DNA of 64,000 bases from contig CBFFRQ010000038.1 of the NCBI GenBank assembly GCA_965644315.1, forward strand, positions 248,001 through 312,000. Reading direction: 5' to 3'. Positions within the stretch are counted from its first letter, which is position 1; each line of letters starts with the position of its first letter. The DNA is from Caecitellus pseudoparvulus. Taxonomy: Eukaryota; Protista; Bigyra: Bicosoecida. A program made the position numbers and the translations under genes. The notes beneath the pieces are model-generated. The model did no database searches. It was given only the letters and a program-made list of their open reading frames with translations, and was not told the DNA's origin. Below, piece by piece: positions 12,001-22,900 of the stretch.

Positions 12001-12278
12001 CGTTGCTGTTGCTGCTGCTGTTGCCGCAGCTGTGCGGAGTTGTGCTGGGTGGAAGCGGACCACTTGCCGGTGGTGCTGTCCACGGTGCCAGAGCCCAGAC
12101 TGGCGATTTTTCGTGAGGCCTCTGCGCCTTTGGGCTCCGCCAGCCTGGCGAGGCGGGAGCCACGGGCCTTGGAGCACAGGCGCTGCTCCCCACGCTCCGC
12201 TGCTGCTATTGCAAGGTGCAGGCCGGGCCCCTCCGACGCAGCCTCCTCGGCAGCACGCGCCTTGGCAGCGGCTGCCAT
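9045..12278 (-). CDS. SHIPPO-repeat (PGPGxY) ciliary microtubule-associated protein, ODF3/STPG-like
   Basis: Five PGPG[AQH]Y motifs, with paired P-x-[YF]-[ST]-F-[GS] motifs (APQYSFG, SPSYTFS, PAAFSFG). Single exon. Probable ATG at 12278. Confidence 0.8.
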   Translation of the reverse strand: MAAAAKARAAEEAASEGPGLHLAIAAAERGEQRLCSKARGSRLARLAEPKGAEASRKIASLGSGTVDSTTGKWSASTQHNSAQLRQQQQQQQRASGREEPIAAPAGDSSLPVQPDLADTTDSDEEHVGLSGTASSTRFRSRAGSPSQASARGSTAHLPPPLLRNSTPRFPTRPAEGPDFTLAHDSVGKQVVSSRQSAPQYSFGSAARFGSPAGVFLGPNAALSTTFSVGNLPERGDSTHTPVAGAGHSALDYDTAHAMRKASAAARSATAAPSSRDERARAASFKARALAKEGFTGEPTSGNPANSRMARTRGVSIGSGPARFAQPAAGRDSPGPGAYSPSPTWTGTFEESPALFPAHGSVRPQTTSARQRSRPTPRFAGNSLSATIARDRERQMLRRLGEAAGPSTASRPPAFGSSVVKHVASHIVPQSDDPGPGAYPVHTLNLSAVLSRPVVSPVLHPTTVAPTARAPGTAALLGKGPSGAATPGAVAPGQQRGVTPVGGRGLPARPTVSQAGFQKASREQAAAASGVTATQGGTGQHTPGPGQYNLQDLPHGAMSRFRAAPSSTFGGLGAPPAGGQLLEDEYGDPMLLLNSGKVVMGDAALAASPLVRHREQLAARRRGTVLPPATPAPSPVKASQHRPTASAGTVSSEAADMVGSALAAGGALNSVTKSRKQRALAARAASEAAGEARRREEYARIPGGSLSLKPRGAPDTAQGAQPQYRLKPGGIFEDAASPGPGAYSQATADAVGPQALSKRASSPSYTFSRSSKRFIKPVADRLKAGKGVPGPGHYFPTPHFKDGAVVMGDGTLVGYVTTAHELPPGARQPSRSSAHAGAAVFTPVMPDGVHSDEEEEDVMFQEEQRHASVAENLGPASLSSSMGSTGGFRSRPRLTGPDGPLRVAAGSPAAPAPPTTWRAGASAARQSSPAQRRRRMKRPVTTGAKLRAVSASPFSSPQATAKLMQTTRREAAATMSRTSPRARLLGTSAMPSATHRSSTAGALARPVPLGASRLGVQHGASTSSTSSSRALAKVQLEKTRYLAQPPGTIGAGLLGDSRYPTPAAFSFGAAQRNAPVKR

Positions 12279-12998
12279 GCGCAGGCGTTGCTGACGAGTG
12301 ACATGGCCGCTGAGCAGCTTCTGTCCTTCAGAGCCTGTGCACCAGGAGGCGGGCAGGGGGAGGTTCAAAGCTGCCCCGGCAGATGCCCGGTTGCGGCACC
12401 TGCAGCGCCAATGCCGTTGCCTGCAGGCAGCTCCACGCACCGTCGGCGGGCATGGTGATCTTGCAGTAGATACGGGCGTGAATCCTTCAGATTGCACACT
12501 TGTGACCGCTGTGGGGGTCGTGGAGGCGAGGGAAGGCTTCGTTTGTACGCGTTGTCGCGGCGACAGAGCGGGTGCGCCCCCGCTGCAAGGGCAGAGCCGA
12601 AAGCGGGCACCACGGCAGAGAAATAGCGGCCCAGCTGGAACTTCATTTAGCTTGCTCGTGCTTGGGCGTCGAGTATTTTGGCACAGGTCAGCAAGAGTCA
12701 GAAGCAGCAGCGCTGGAAACCAGGCACCTGAATCGTCAAAATTCATTCCAACTTAAGCTAGGACAGGCTCCGATGTGGAGAGACATGTGACAGTTCTGCG
12801 GCACGCTGACCTCCCTCTCCATCCCTGCGCCGCCGCCACATCAGCGGTGCATCCGTGGCGTTTCAAGTCCGGCGAAACGCGAGGCAACAGAGGTCCAGAG
12901 CAGTCGCCGGCTGAACACACAACATCCGCCCCCAGCATTTCAGCTGCCCACGCTTTCAGCTGATGCCGTGCCTTGGAGCTTTCAAGTCGTGTTCGAAC

Positions 12999-14245
12999 AT
13001 GGCAAGTGCCAGCAAGCTCGCCGGCGGCGGCTCCCTGGCCCTGGCTGCCACGGTGGGCATCGTGGCATACTTGACTGCCCAGCAGCCTGCACCTGTGGAC
13101 AGCACGGAGGGGACTGGTGCCTGGAGGAAGCTGACGTCCAGGTTGCAGACGCATTCTTGTGAGCGGCACAGGTGCGGGCGCGCTGCTTTGCGGCATAACA
13201 CGTACGTGGCAACTCCCTTGCCCGCAGATGACCAGGAGCGATTCAACCTGACCGACAGCATCGCTGCTGTTTTCGAGGACTGGCCGAAGGAGTTGTCAGA
13301 CATCCATGACTTCTTCCCCGAGTCGGCGTCGTGGCAGCTGCGCACCTTGGACAACGACACGAAGACACTGTTCCACGAGTGCGTACGAGCATGACGTCAC
13401 CTGGAGCAAGCTGAAAGCAAATCCCGCACGTGTTCCCCCACAGGCACTACTACGCATCGCCACACTATGAGGCAGTGCGGGATCAGTACTATGAGTTTGT
13501 ACAACACAATGTGCTCCCTCTCTTTGACGCTGGCGAGACTGGATTCGCTGTGCAGCGCGATCCCACGTTCAGGGTTCATTTGCCGCAGCTGAGGTATGTG
13601 ACGTGCCCCGCAGCATCCTGAACGGGCTCCCAGCCCGGGGCGGCACCCACACCCATTTCCTGCCGCCTTGTACAGTAATCTGGGTATTCGTCCTGGCCAT
13701 GGGGACGCATCCTCCACCATCGGCATCCACTGCGACTCGGAATGTGCGTGCCCTGCCTGCACGGATTCCGCGTTGCCCGCTGGCGCCACCGCTCTCGCCT
13801 CTACTCGCCGCAGACCGCCACCCGTCAGAGGAAGTGAATTTCCTGCTGCCTTTCACCCCCATGTACGACACGAACTCCTTGTGGCTGGAGTCGGCCTCGG
13901 GGCGGGGTGACTTCCAGCCGCTGTCCCTGCAGCCAGGGCACTTCGCCTCCTTCTACGGCAACAAGTGGAGGCACTTCAACAAGATCAACACCTCTGGCAA
14001 ATCACGGTGGGTGGTGTGTCCCCGGCCCCCACGCGCAGGGCACGCCGGCACCAGCTCGTCTGTTCCTCTCACTTCGCAGCGTTTCCTGGGACTTCCGCGT
14101 CATTCCCATGTCAGAGTACGTGCACCGGCCCAACGTGACGTCCCTGCACAGCACACGCACGTTCACGGTGAATGACGACGGATACTATGTGTACATGACG
14201 CGGGAGGGGGGCGTGCAGGCCCCGCCTGACTTTTCTGCGGCCTAG
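12999..14245 (+). CDS. StrG-like / PhyH-type 2OG-Fe(II) oxygenase with N-terminal hydrophobic anchor, 6 exons
   Basis: Spliced model: AVQRDPTFRVHLP..IGIHCDSEYRHPSEEVNFLLPFT..TNSLWLES..GDF..FYGNKWRHFNKINTSGKSRVSWDFRVIP. It has an HxD...H triad and five canonical introns. Confidence 0.75.
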
Positions 14246-14318
14246 GTTGCCGACCGCCGCTGGCCGACGCGCGCAGGGGCGTTGCTACAGCGTCGAATCC
14301 ATTGCATGCAGTCACGCA

Positions 14319-15825
14319 TCACAGCTTGGCACTGGCATGCCGCACGAGGGCCTCCTCTGCCTGCCGCGCTGCAACTCCCATGAGCATGAGCACCACCCCC
14401 GCCAGCGCCACCCGGCGAGTGAGTGCCAGCGCTGCAAGCGGCCCTGCCAACGCCGCTGGCCCCAGCAACGCCGCCACCCACCCCCTGCTGAGGGCGAGGA
14501 AGGTGAGGGTGAACAGGAGCAGGCTCAGTCCACGTGTAGCGGCATCGGGCAGTGTGCGCACTCCAGCCGTGAGCACTGCCCCTGGCACTTGTGCCAAGCG
14601 AAGTGCGCGGAGCACTAGTCGCCGCAGCGCGCCTTTGGAGCGCTGTTGTTGAGGGCCGGCGCCAGGCCGCGACGCTGGGTCGACGCGAGTCACCGGCTGT
14701 GGAGAAGGTAGCGGTACGTGTACGTGTGTGAACAGGCCCGGCTCGGCGCAGTGCAGGGTCCACAAGTCATCGGGAATGCTCACGCCGGTGCTGCGCATAC
14801 CTGTGCAACGAGCGTCGCAGTGCAGCGGTGGCACAAGCCGCCCCCGAAGCAAAGCAAATGGTGCAGCACGCACGAAGCTTCCTGCGGTGCTTCACTAGAG
14901 CCGCCTTGAAGGATGGAAAGTGCTCGCGCAGCGCGCACCTGTGCGGGGAAGCGATGGAGACGCGTGGGTGGCAGGTCACGCACTGGCGCTGGCTCCACCA
15001 CGCACACCGCCACGTCAGAACACAGCCACCGGCCCAGCTGAATGCGAGACTTGGGTGCTGGGCGCGTCAGCTCCTCGTCGCCTGGCCCGTCGGGCGCTGG
15101 GAGGGGGGGGAGGCCTGGGTGCCCCACCGCCCCCTCGGCCAGCAACCGCCCGACGAGGCCCAGGGCGCGGACACCGGCGTACTTCTCGCCGACCAGCTGC
15201 AGCACTGCGTCTGTCATGCGCTGCAGGCGGGAGGCGTGGGACTCTGCCGTGCTGGGCTGCGAGGCGCCAGCAGGCAGCGGCGCTGGCAAGTCGGGCGAGG
15301 CAGGTCGCAGGACGGCCAGACCGTCCCGACTGCGCAGGACTGTGCTGGTGGGCAGCAGGCGGATGCGAGGGGGCCCCACGTGCAGCACGACGCCAGGGGC
15401 GACCACGATGCCCTGTACAGTGGGCAGGGCGTGGTTTGCTGCCGCGTGCAGGCAGCGCACGAGCCAGGCCGCTGCTCACCGCGTGGTCAAACCTGCACCC
15501 TGTCGCCTCTCTGTACACGTCAAAGACGGCACCTGGCGTGGCCACCAGAACGATGTCCCCAGTTTGCAGAATGCCGTCTTTGGCCACGACAATGTCCCTG
15601 CTTCCCTTGCGCTGGGAGTGTGGCTGCCTGAGCTCAGAGCAGACAGGCGCTGTGCGGAAGTTGGTTCGCGGCGACTGCCGATGCTGGGGGCACGCACCAC
15701 CTCACTTCGTCCGCTAGAATCAACGAGTGCGGGGCGAACAGCTGAGCAGCACCAAACAATGCCACATGCAGCGAGTCTTCAAGCACATGCTGCACAATGC
15801 CCCCCACAGACTCCGCAACGGCCAT
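14319..15825 (-). CDS. Permuted papain-like (NlpC/P60, YiiX/C92-type) amidase with C-terminal TM helices, 5 exons
   Basis: Spliced motifs occur in permuted order: LQTGDIVL, FDHA|GIVV (His), GEKY, WLCSD (Cys), SIPDDL. Four GT-AG introns. Confidence 0.7.
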
Positions 15826-16298
15826 GGCAGGCCAGCTCTGGCTCAGCTGCTGCTGAGGTGCTGGCAGCCGAGCACCGCACCATCACATGCCCCGAAGGTC
15901 GAAGCAAGGGACCATGCTCCCACCACCGGCGCTGAACCTCGCGTTGTCAGCGTGGTTGGGAAAGTTTCCCAAGTGCTGGGCTGCTTGGCGAGCGTTTGAA
16001 ACGCTCCGCTCAGTTCGCTTAGGCCGATTGCTTGCCTCGCACTCTGTCACAAATCACGGTCTACATTTTCAGTGAGCGGGAGGCACTCGAGAAGAGAAAT
16101 GCAATAAACAATTTACGAAACGTGGGATCTTGATCACGCCCAGGACCTGGAATCCTTTCAAGCTCACTAGCTGAGCGCACTTGGAGCTTTTTCTCGTACA
16201 TTGTTTGAGCCTTGCCAGCTCTCGCAGCAGCTGCCGTTTCAGCTGTTTGGGGGACTTGAGGGCGCAGGTGGCAGTGAGAAGGCGAAGGCATCGTGGGA

Positions 16299-17371
16299 AT
16301 GGAAAGGTTTATCCGACAGACTCTTCAGAGCGAGCTCAAGGAAAGCTTGGATGAGGACATGGTGGCGTACATTGCTGGTGCGTGGTGGTGCGTGGCGTTT
16401 CGGCGTGAAACCACGCCACGCGCTTTGGCCTCGCGCAGGCGCCGTGGAGGAGCTCGACGACGAGGAGGAACTACAAGAGCTGCTCTTGGCTCATGTTCCT
16501 GCACTGGAGAGCATAGATGCCACGAAACGCTCGTCCATCGTCCAGTCTTTCCTGGCTGCAGGCAAAACAGGTGCGTGCCGCTCCGCTGCTCTGGCTCTGC
16601 CACGCGACGCCACACAACTGGTCCTGCTTCTGCGCAGGTCCCCCCAGGACTGCTGAGAGCAAGCCACAGGCTACACGCCTAGCCGGGGGCACCTTGCGTG
16701 GGAAGCAGGGCCGAACTGCCTCTGGGTTGACGCACCGCGCAGTGGCTGCCGCCGCTCGACGGGGAGCTGGGCGGGGCCGCGGAGGGGGGAGCCCAGCCCC
16801 CCCCTCGCTGCCCGCCGCTCTCTCAGCGGGAGCCAGCATCGTGGCGCCCTCCACTGCCCCTTCATCGCTGTCACAGGCAGTGGCGGGGGGCGCTGCAGAC
16901 AAGAGTGGCGGCGGCACAGGGCAGCCCTCCTCCGCTGCGGCCCCGCCGCCCAGCAAGCCAGTGCAGGCCTCTCCACAGCTGCAGCAGCTGTGCGGCATGT
17001 TTCCCGACGTGCCCAGCCACCTCTTGGCGCGCGTCTTGTCGCGGTGCCTGCACAACGTCACGGACTGTGTGGAGTTGTTGCTGGCGCAAGAGGACTTGCA
17101 GGGGTACTGCCGGCAGGTGCAGGAGGAGGCGGATGCCGCCGCTGCACGAGCAGTGGCGGCAAAGCAGGCGCAGGAGGAGGCTGCGCGGGCCGCCAACGCG
17201 AGGGTGATGGAGCGTTTCCACGAAGTTGACCCGAACGCCTCCACCGCCACGCCAGACATCATCCGCACGGCACAGGGGGGCTACATGAAGATCCGAGTGG
17301 CTAAGGGCCAGAAACTCGGGAAGAAGGCTCTCAAACGTGCTCGCAAGGCGGCGCTGGCTAGTGCCAAATGA
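16299..17371 (+). CDS. CUE ubiquitin-binding domain protein (CUEDC2-like), 3 exons
   Basis: N-terminal LDEDMVAYIAG; CUE motif LQQLCGMFPDV..VLSRCLHNVTDCVELLL; two gtgcgt introns. Confidence 0.7.
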
Positions 17372-17503
17372 CTCAGCGCCGGTGGCGAATGCCTTGTGCT
17401 GTTTGCAATGCAGGCGTGATTGGGCAATCTCCACTCGACGCCTAATTCTCACACAGCTGGCACCCCCGTGTCGCCTGCACAGACTTCGTACTTTCAGCTC
17501 GCC

Positions 17504-19910
17504 ATGGCTGCGTCTGGTCGTGCAGTGGCGGCGACGCCCCTCGTGCAGCAGTTCCGGGAGTGGAACCAAGCACGGCAGCAGGAGGCTTTGGCGGAATGGT
17601 GCGCCCTCATCGAAGCAGATGCTCCGAATTCCGCGATTTCATCAAGTGGACGGCAAGAGGACCACCCGGCGTCACATTTGGTCCAGGTGCGTTGGGGCTG
17701 AGGGTGCTCGCGGCAGTGCCTGGCTTCGTGCGGAAATTGCTTCTCCCTCCCTGCGGAAACAGGTCCTGCAGCAGTGTGGGACGTCTTCCTCCGTGCAGCA
17801 AGCGATGGGGCAGATAACTGAACTAGTCCCCCAGCTGCTGACTCCATCCTCGCCCCCCGAGGCTCTGGAACAAGGCACACTGATCGCTGCCTGCGCCGCA
17901 GTGGTGGCCAGCAGCGCCCAGCAGCAAGCCATGCTGCAGGCAGTAGTCGCGGCGGGGCCCCCTTTGGAGGCGGCGCTGAGCGCCACGACAAAGGGTGGGA
18001 GTGTGGAGAATACGCTGCTTTCTTGCATCGCAGCGTTTTTCCGCAGCCTGCCGGACCGCTTGGCAGGCCGGGCAGCGGGGCTGGCAGCTGGCCTGCTCCC
18101 TGCGGCTGCCGCCGTCCTTGTGCGGGCTGCGTCAGCGGCCAAGCGAGAGTGGGGCGCCATCCCCACCTCACCAGTCCCAAGCGCGTCCTCAGAAACGGAG
18201 ACGACCCTCGCGAAGCGCGAAGCGTCAGCCCATGCCCAGGCTGGCACGTCCGCTGCCGGGTGTGTCATTGACGCAGTGGCGCTGCTGCACGGCGCGCTGG
18301 GCGGCGAGGTGGAGTCTTCTGCCAAGACAGACATGTACCAGGCAGCCATCATGGGTGTGCACACGTCGGTGGCCCCACAAGACGTGGCACAGGTGCAGCT
18401 GGACGCCGTGGCTGCGCAGTTGGCGGCTGCGCTGCCAGACCTGCATGCTGTGTTGGCTGTGCCGGCAGTGTGGAGGACGCCAGCCACAGGACACACGGCT
18501 TTGTCTGCGTGGAAGGCAGCCCTTGCCGGCATGGCGGCGTTGTGTCTGCACCAGCACCGGTGCAGCGGCAGTGATGTGCCCATGACGCCGGCCATAGTTC
18601 TGGCAGCTGCAAACACCGCTTTGCCAGAAGTGCAGGTGGGCGACGAGGTGGCCGTGAAGGAGGTCACTGTGCCCCTTCTTGACGCAGTCTGTGCCAGTCT
18701 CGTGGGGATGCTCTTCCACGTGCGGCATGGCAGCGCCAACCCTTCCAGCTTGGTTGGCGTCGTTGCGTTGCAGACCAGGTTGACACGCCTGCAAACTGCA
18801 GTGGCGACGGCGCTGGAAACTGGCGGCACAGACGCTCCTCGAACCTACAAGAACGCCCTTTCCCTCGTCTCTGGTTCCATCCTTCGTGTGCGTTGCTTGG
18901 CTCATGTGCTGGAGTGTGCAGGCCTCGGCTTGGCCCTTGCCAGTGCGACGCAAGCTGACGACTCGCTGGCGGACGATCTCACGGCAGCCAGCGTGGCTGA
19001 CATTGCTCGGGCGTGTGCAAAGTTCTGGACGGATGTGTACTTAACCAGCAAGCGCCCGGAGGCGTTGTCTGCTGTGGCTGGCGCAGCGTTGGCGCTTGCT
19101 GAAGTCGGCGGTGCAGCAGCCTGCACTCCACACTGGCCCACCATCACCGCAGCAGCACTGGAGCCCGCGATGCAACGGGTGCTGTCTGGTCTACAGCACG
19201 TGCACAAGTACACAAAGCGCACGCGGCACGCCATTCTTGCCACTGCCGGGCACGTTCTCTCTGCTACAGCTCTGTGGGGAGGGGCCGCCCCGGCACTGCC
19301 AGCTGTTTCGCGGCTCCTTCTGCACCACTGCCAGACCCTTCCCAGCGCAGCAGTGCTCAGCCAAGCGCAGCCCCAGCTGGCTGCAGACGTGGCAGCCGCT
19401 GATTTGCTGGCAGCCGGCCTTCTCCCTGACGAGGACGATGAGGGTGTCACGCCAGACGATGGCGCATGTGAAGACAGCAGCGTGCAGTGCTTGCAGGCAC
19501 TGGAACAGGTGCTCGCCTGTGCATTGCGCAGTGACGCCCACGCGGTGGCCTTGGCAGTGCAGGTGCATGCCGCGTGCATCGTGGCGGAGGGCGCAGCGGC
19601 GCTGGCGCAAGCACTGGACCCTGCTGCCTGGGGCGAGGGCGAAGAAGACGCCCTTGCCACAGCGGAGGAGGCCCTGCCCCTGGTGCAGGCGGCGTGGGCA
19701 GTGTACATCGCCGGGCCTGAGCGCTTCGCCGCTGTGGCTGAGGAGCTCGCAGGCGTCTGCGAGGCTGCCAGTGCCGCGGCGGGGCGTCAGGGCAAGGCGG
19801 CGGTGCTGGACTCCACGCTGCTGCAGCTGCACAGCCTCCTGTCCGCCGTGCAAGTGGCTGTGCCTGTGGCTGCCGACGCCCTGCAAGCCATGGACACCCG
19901 ACGAGGGTGA
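17504..19910 (+). CDS. Hypothetical Ala/Leu-rich alpha-helical (ARM/HEAT-like) protein, 2 exons
   Basis: gccATGg at 17504; intron 17687-17762 (gtgcgt..cag) joins to a long open frame. Confidence 0.65.
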
Positions 19911-19918
19911 GGGCCGGT

Positions 19919-22900
19919 TCACGTGTGTGAGTTCAGCGCCCCACTGCTGATGACGGACTCCAAGGCGCGTGCGCCTGCGGTGAGCCCCGACACGATGCCG
20001 CCGGTGATGAGGGCGGTGATGGAGGACTTGGAAATGGTGATCTTGCTCCACTCGGCGCCTTCCAGGAAGGTGATCTGCACGCCAGGGTAGCGCTGCTGCC
20101 ACGTCATGGCCAGCAGCTGCGCGAAGGAGGAGGCGTCACGACGGGCCACCTCGGCAGGGGACTCTTGGCCCAGCCTGTGGGGACCACCCTGCTGCCGGGT
20201 GCCGGCACTGTTGGGACTGGTGGCTGCCAGGGACTTGGAGTAGTCTCGCAGGAGGAGGCGGTAGGTGTCCACGACGCCCCCTCGCGCGGACAGCACAGAC
20301 ACGTCCCTGATGGAGGTGTAAATGATGCCGTCAGTCTGCACCAGCTGCCACAGCATGTACATGCCTGTCACTGCGTACAGCACCACGACGGCAGCACAGC
20401 AGTACATCTCTGGGTATGACAATGCAGAGGGGAAGTCCAGGCCAATGAGGATGAAGATGGCGAGGGCAGCGGCAGCCAGCACCGTGCCCACCATGAAACC
20501 GCCGATGAAGCCACTGACCGAGCCGCTGAACTGGGCCGTGATGAAGCGCGACGCAAAGAGCAGCCGTGCAGACCACTGTGCCGCGCCCCGGGCCTCATAC
20601 GGCAGGTTCCACTCGCCAGCATGCACCTCCAGGCTCACGGCAGCGTACACGATGGTGCGAATGCGGTGCAGGATGCGCAGCGCAGACTTCAGGCGGTACA
20701 CGCCGACGATGCAGTACACGAGGCCGAGCAACATCATGAGCGTCAGCCGCGTGACTGAGAACGACGTCGCAGTGGCCGCATCGTCCCCCTCCAGGGCGGT
20801 CCCGCCGTGCCAGAAGCTCTGGTGCAGTACCAGGCGCAGGAAGCCGGGGATGAGCATGATGACGAGGCACGCCACCCACACAGCGACGGGGACCCACACA
20901 ATTTCCGTGCTGTCTCGAGCGCGGATGCCCAGCACGAGGGACTTGGTGCTCTTCTGTTGTCGAAGCGTCTTGCTCTTGCGCATGGACGTCGGCTTGGCGC
21001 CGCGGGTGCCGGTCGGCGGCCCCGTCCACAGCGGCATGTTAGGGGGAAGCAGCGCCTGCAGCAGGTTCACGAACTGATCGTCGTCCTCCAGGTCCACCAC
21101 GGCAAGGTTGTCCAGGCACTCAATGGCCGCTGCCGTGTCGGTGGCGGGCTGCCCCCGTCGCGCCTCGGCGCCCAGCCCCTTCAAGCCCATTGTGAGCGCG
21201 CTGCTGCGCTTGTGCTTGCAGGTGACCCCTGCCAGGACGTCTGACTCACTCAGTCCCTCCCGCAGCAGCTTCAAGATCAGCGCAGGCTCTTCATCTGTCA
21301 AGAATGTCCCGTCCAGGGTGCTTTCGGAGGCAGGTGGCGCTTGGGGGGCGGCCGCGCCCGCCTTCATGTCCCCCCTTCCCGCCAATTCAGTGCCTTGAGG
21401 ACTGCCCCTGCTGCGGTACCGCAGCTTGCCTGCGGTGGCCACCGACGTGACGGTCTGGCTGGGCTTAGCTGCCCCAGGCGCAGAAGGGGCCTGCTCGTTC
21501 TTTGGGCGGGCAATGTCCTGCGTCGGATCTCGTAGGCACTCCACAAAGGGGCTGTGTTTCCAGCACTGCCCGCATGACGCGCAGCCACACTTGCGGCGGC
21601 AGGCGGAGTCCCTTGCCTCTGGGCAGCAGCAGTAGCAGCAGCAGCAGGTGAAGCACGTCATTTCACAGCAGGGGGAAACGACGAACCTGCTGAGCCAGCT
21701 CAGGAAGTGCCTCGTCGCATACACCGTGTGCACCAGCTCGTGCACGCGCACCATGGTTAGCATGACCCGCCGGAACAGCACCCACAGCATGGGAGACACC
21801 ACGCACATGGGCAGGAACAGCTCGTACAGGCTGAGACGCGTGGTTGCTTCCCCTCCCAGCTCCACCCACTCCAGGATAAACGTGCCGCCCGACAGCGGCA
21901 TCATGGCGCGCCCCGCGAAGATGATGAGCAGCAGCAACAGCAGCCCCGCACAGCACCAGCTGCAGATGTTGGAGCACACCCCCCGCTCTGCTGGGTTCAG
22001 AGCCTCCATGGCTCGCTTTGACACGCGCAGAAACTCCTGCCGCTTGGCTTCAGGGTTGCCTGTGGTGTTCTTGGCGCCAGATTCCGCGTCGGTGGGGCCC
22101 TTGGGCTCCTCCTCCTCCTCGTCTTCTTCCTCTTGCTCGGGCGGGAAGAAGAAAGTGAGGGGCGGGAACGCCACCAGCACGCCAAGCACCGCGAAAATGC
22201 AAGACAGGACGCGCTCTGCAAAGACGATGAGCACCTCCACCGTCGTGCCCCGCGCCGCATACGTGGGGCGGAACAAGGCAGCGTACGACAGCACAGCGTA
22301 GATGCTGACGGAGAAACACAGCACGCCCACTTTCAGCAGGGGGTGCGGCACGAAGGGGGCCTTGGGCGGCATGCACCACATGCTCAGAAGGACGACGGAG
22401 TTGATGATGAGCTGCCACAGCTGGCCAGTCAGGGCGTTTCGACCTGCGGGGTCCAAGTTGGCGTTGTCATTCACGGCCATGCAGGTGAAGCGCAGGTCCA
22501 CGCCAAGCGGCAGGGTCTCATTGCGGAGGGCCCTAGAGTCACGCAGGGTGTCCACACAGCCCCCTGCAAAAGTGAAGAAAGACCAGATCTGCACGGCCCA
22601 CAGCAGCCACAGTACGACAGCGTACATGCGAGTGATGCCCAGAGCGTGCTCGTTGACCCACTGCACCCAAGCCTGCGTCTCGCTGCGCAGCTGAGATGCC
22701 TGGGGAGTGCCCGCTTCTCCAAGGGGTGACAGCAGGGACCCCTGGCGGCTCATGCTCTTCTTGTGGGAGGTGGGGGAAGGGGCGGCATGTTTGCCCGACA
22801 CCCCCCAATCCGTCACGGTCAGCGGGTTGGCTGCCCGGCGCCCCCCAGCAGTGCCAGACTCCTTCCCGTCCACAAGCACCTGCGGCACGTCGGCACCATC

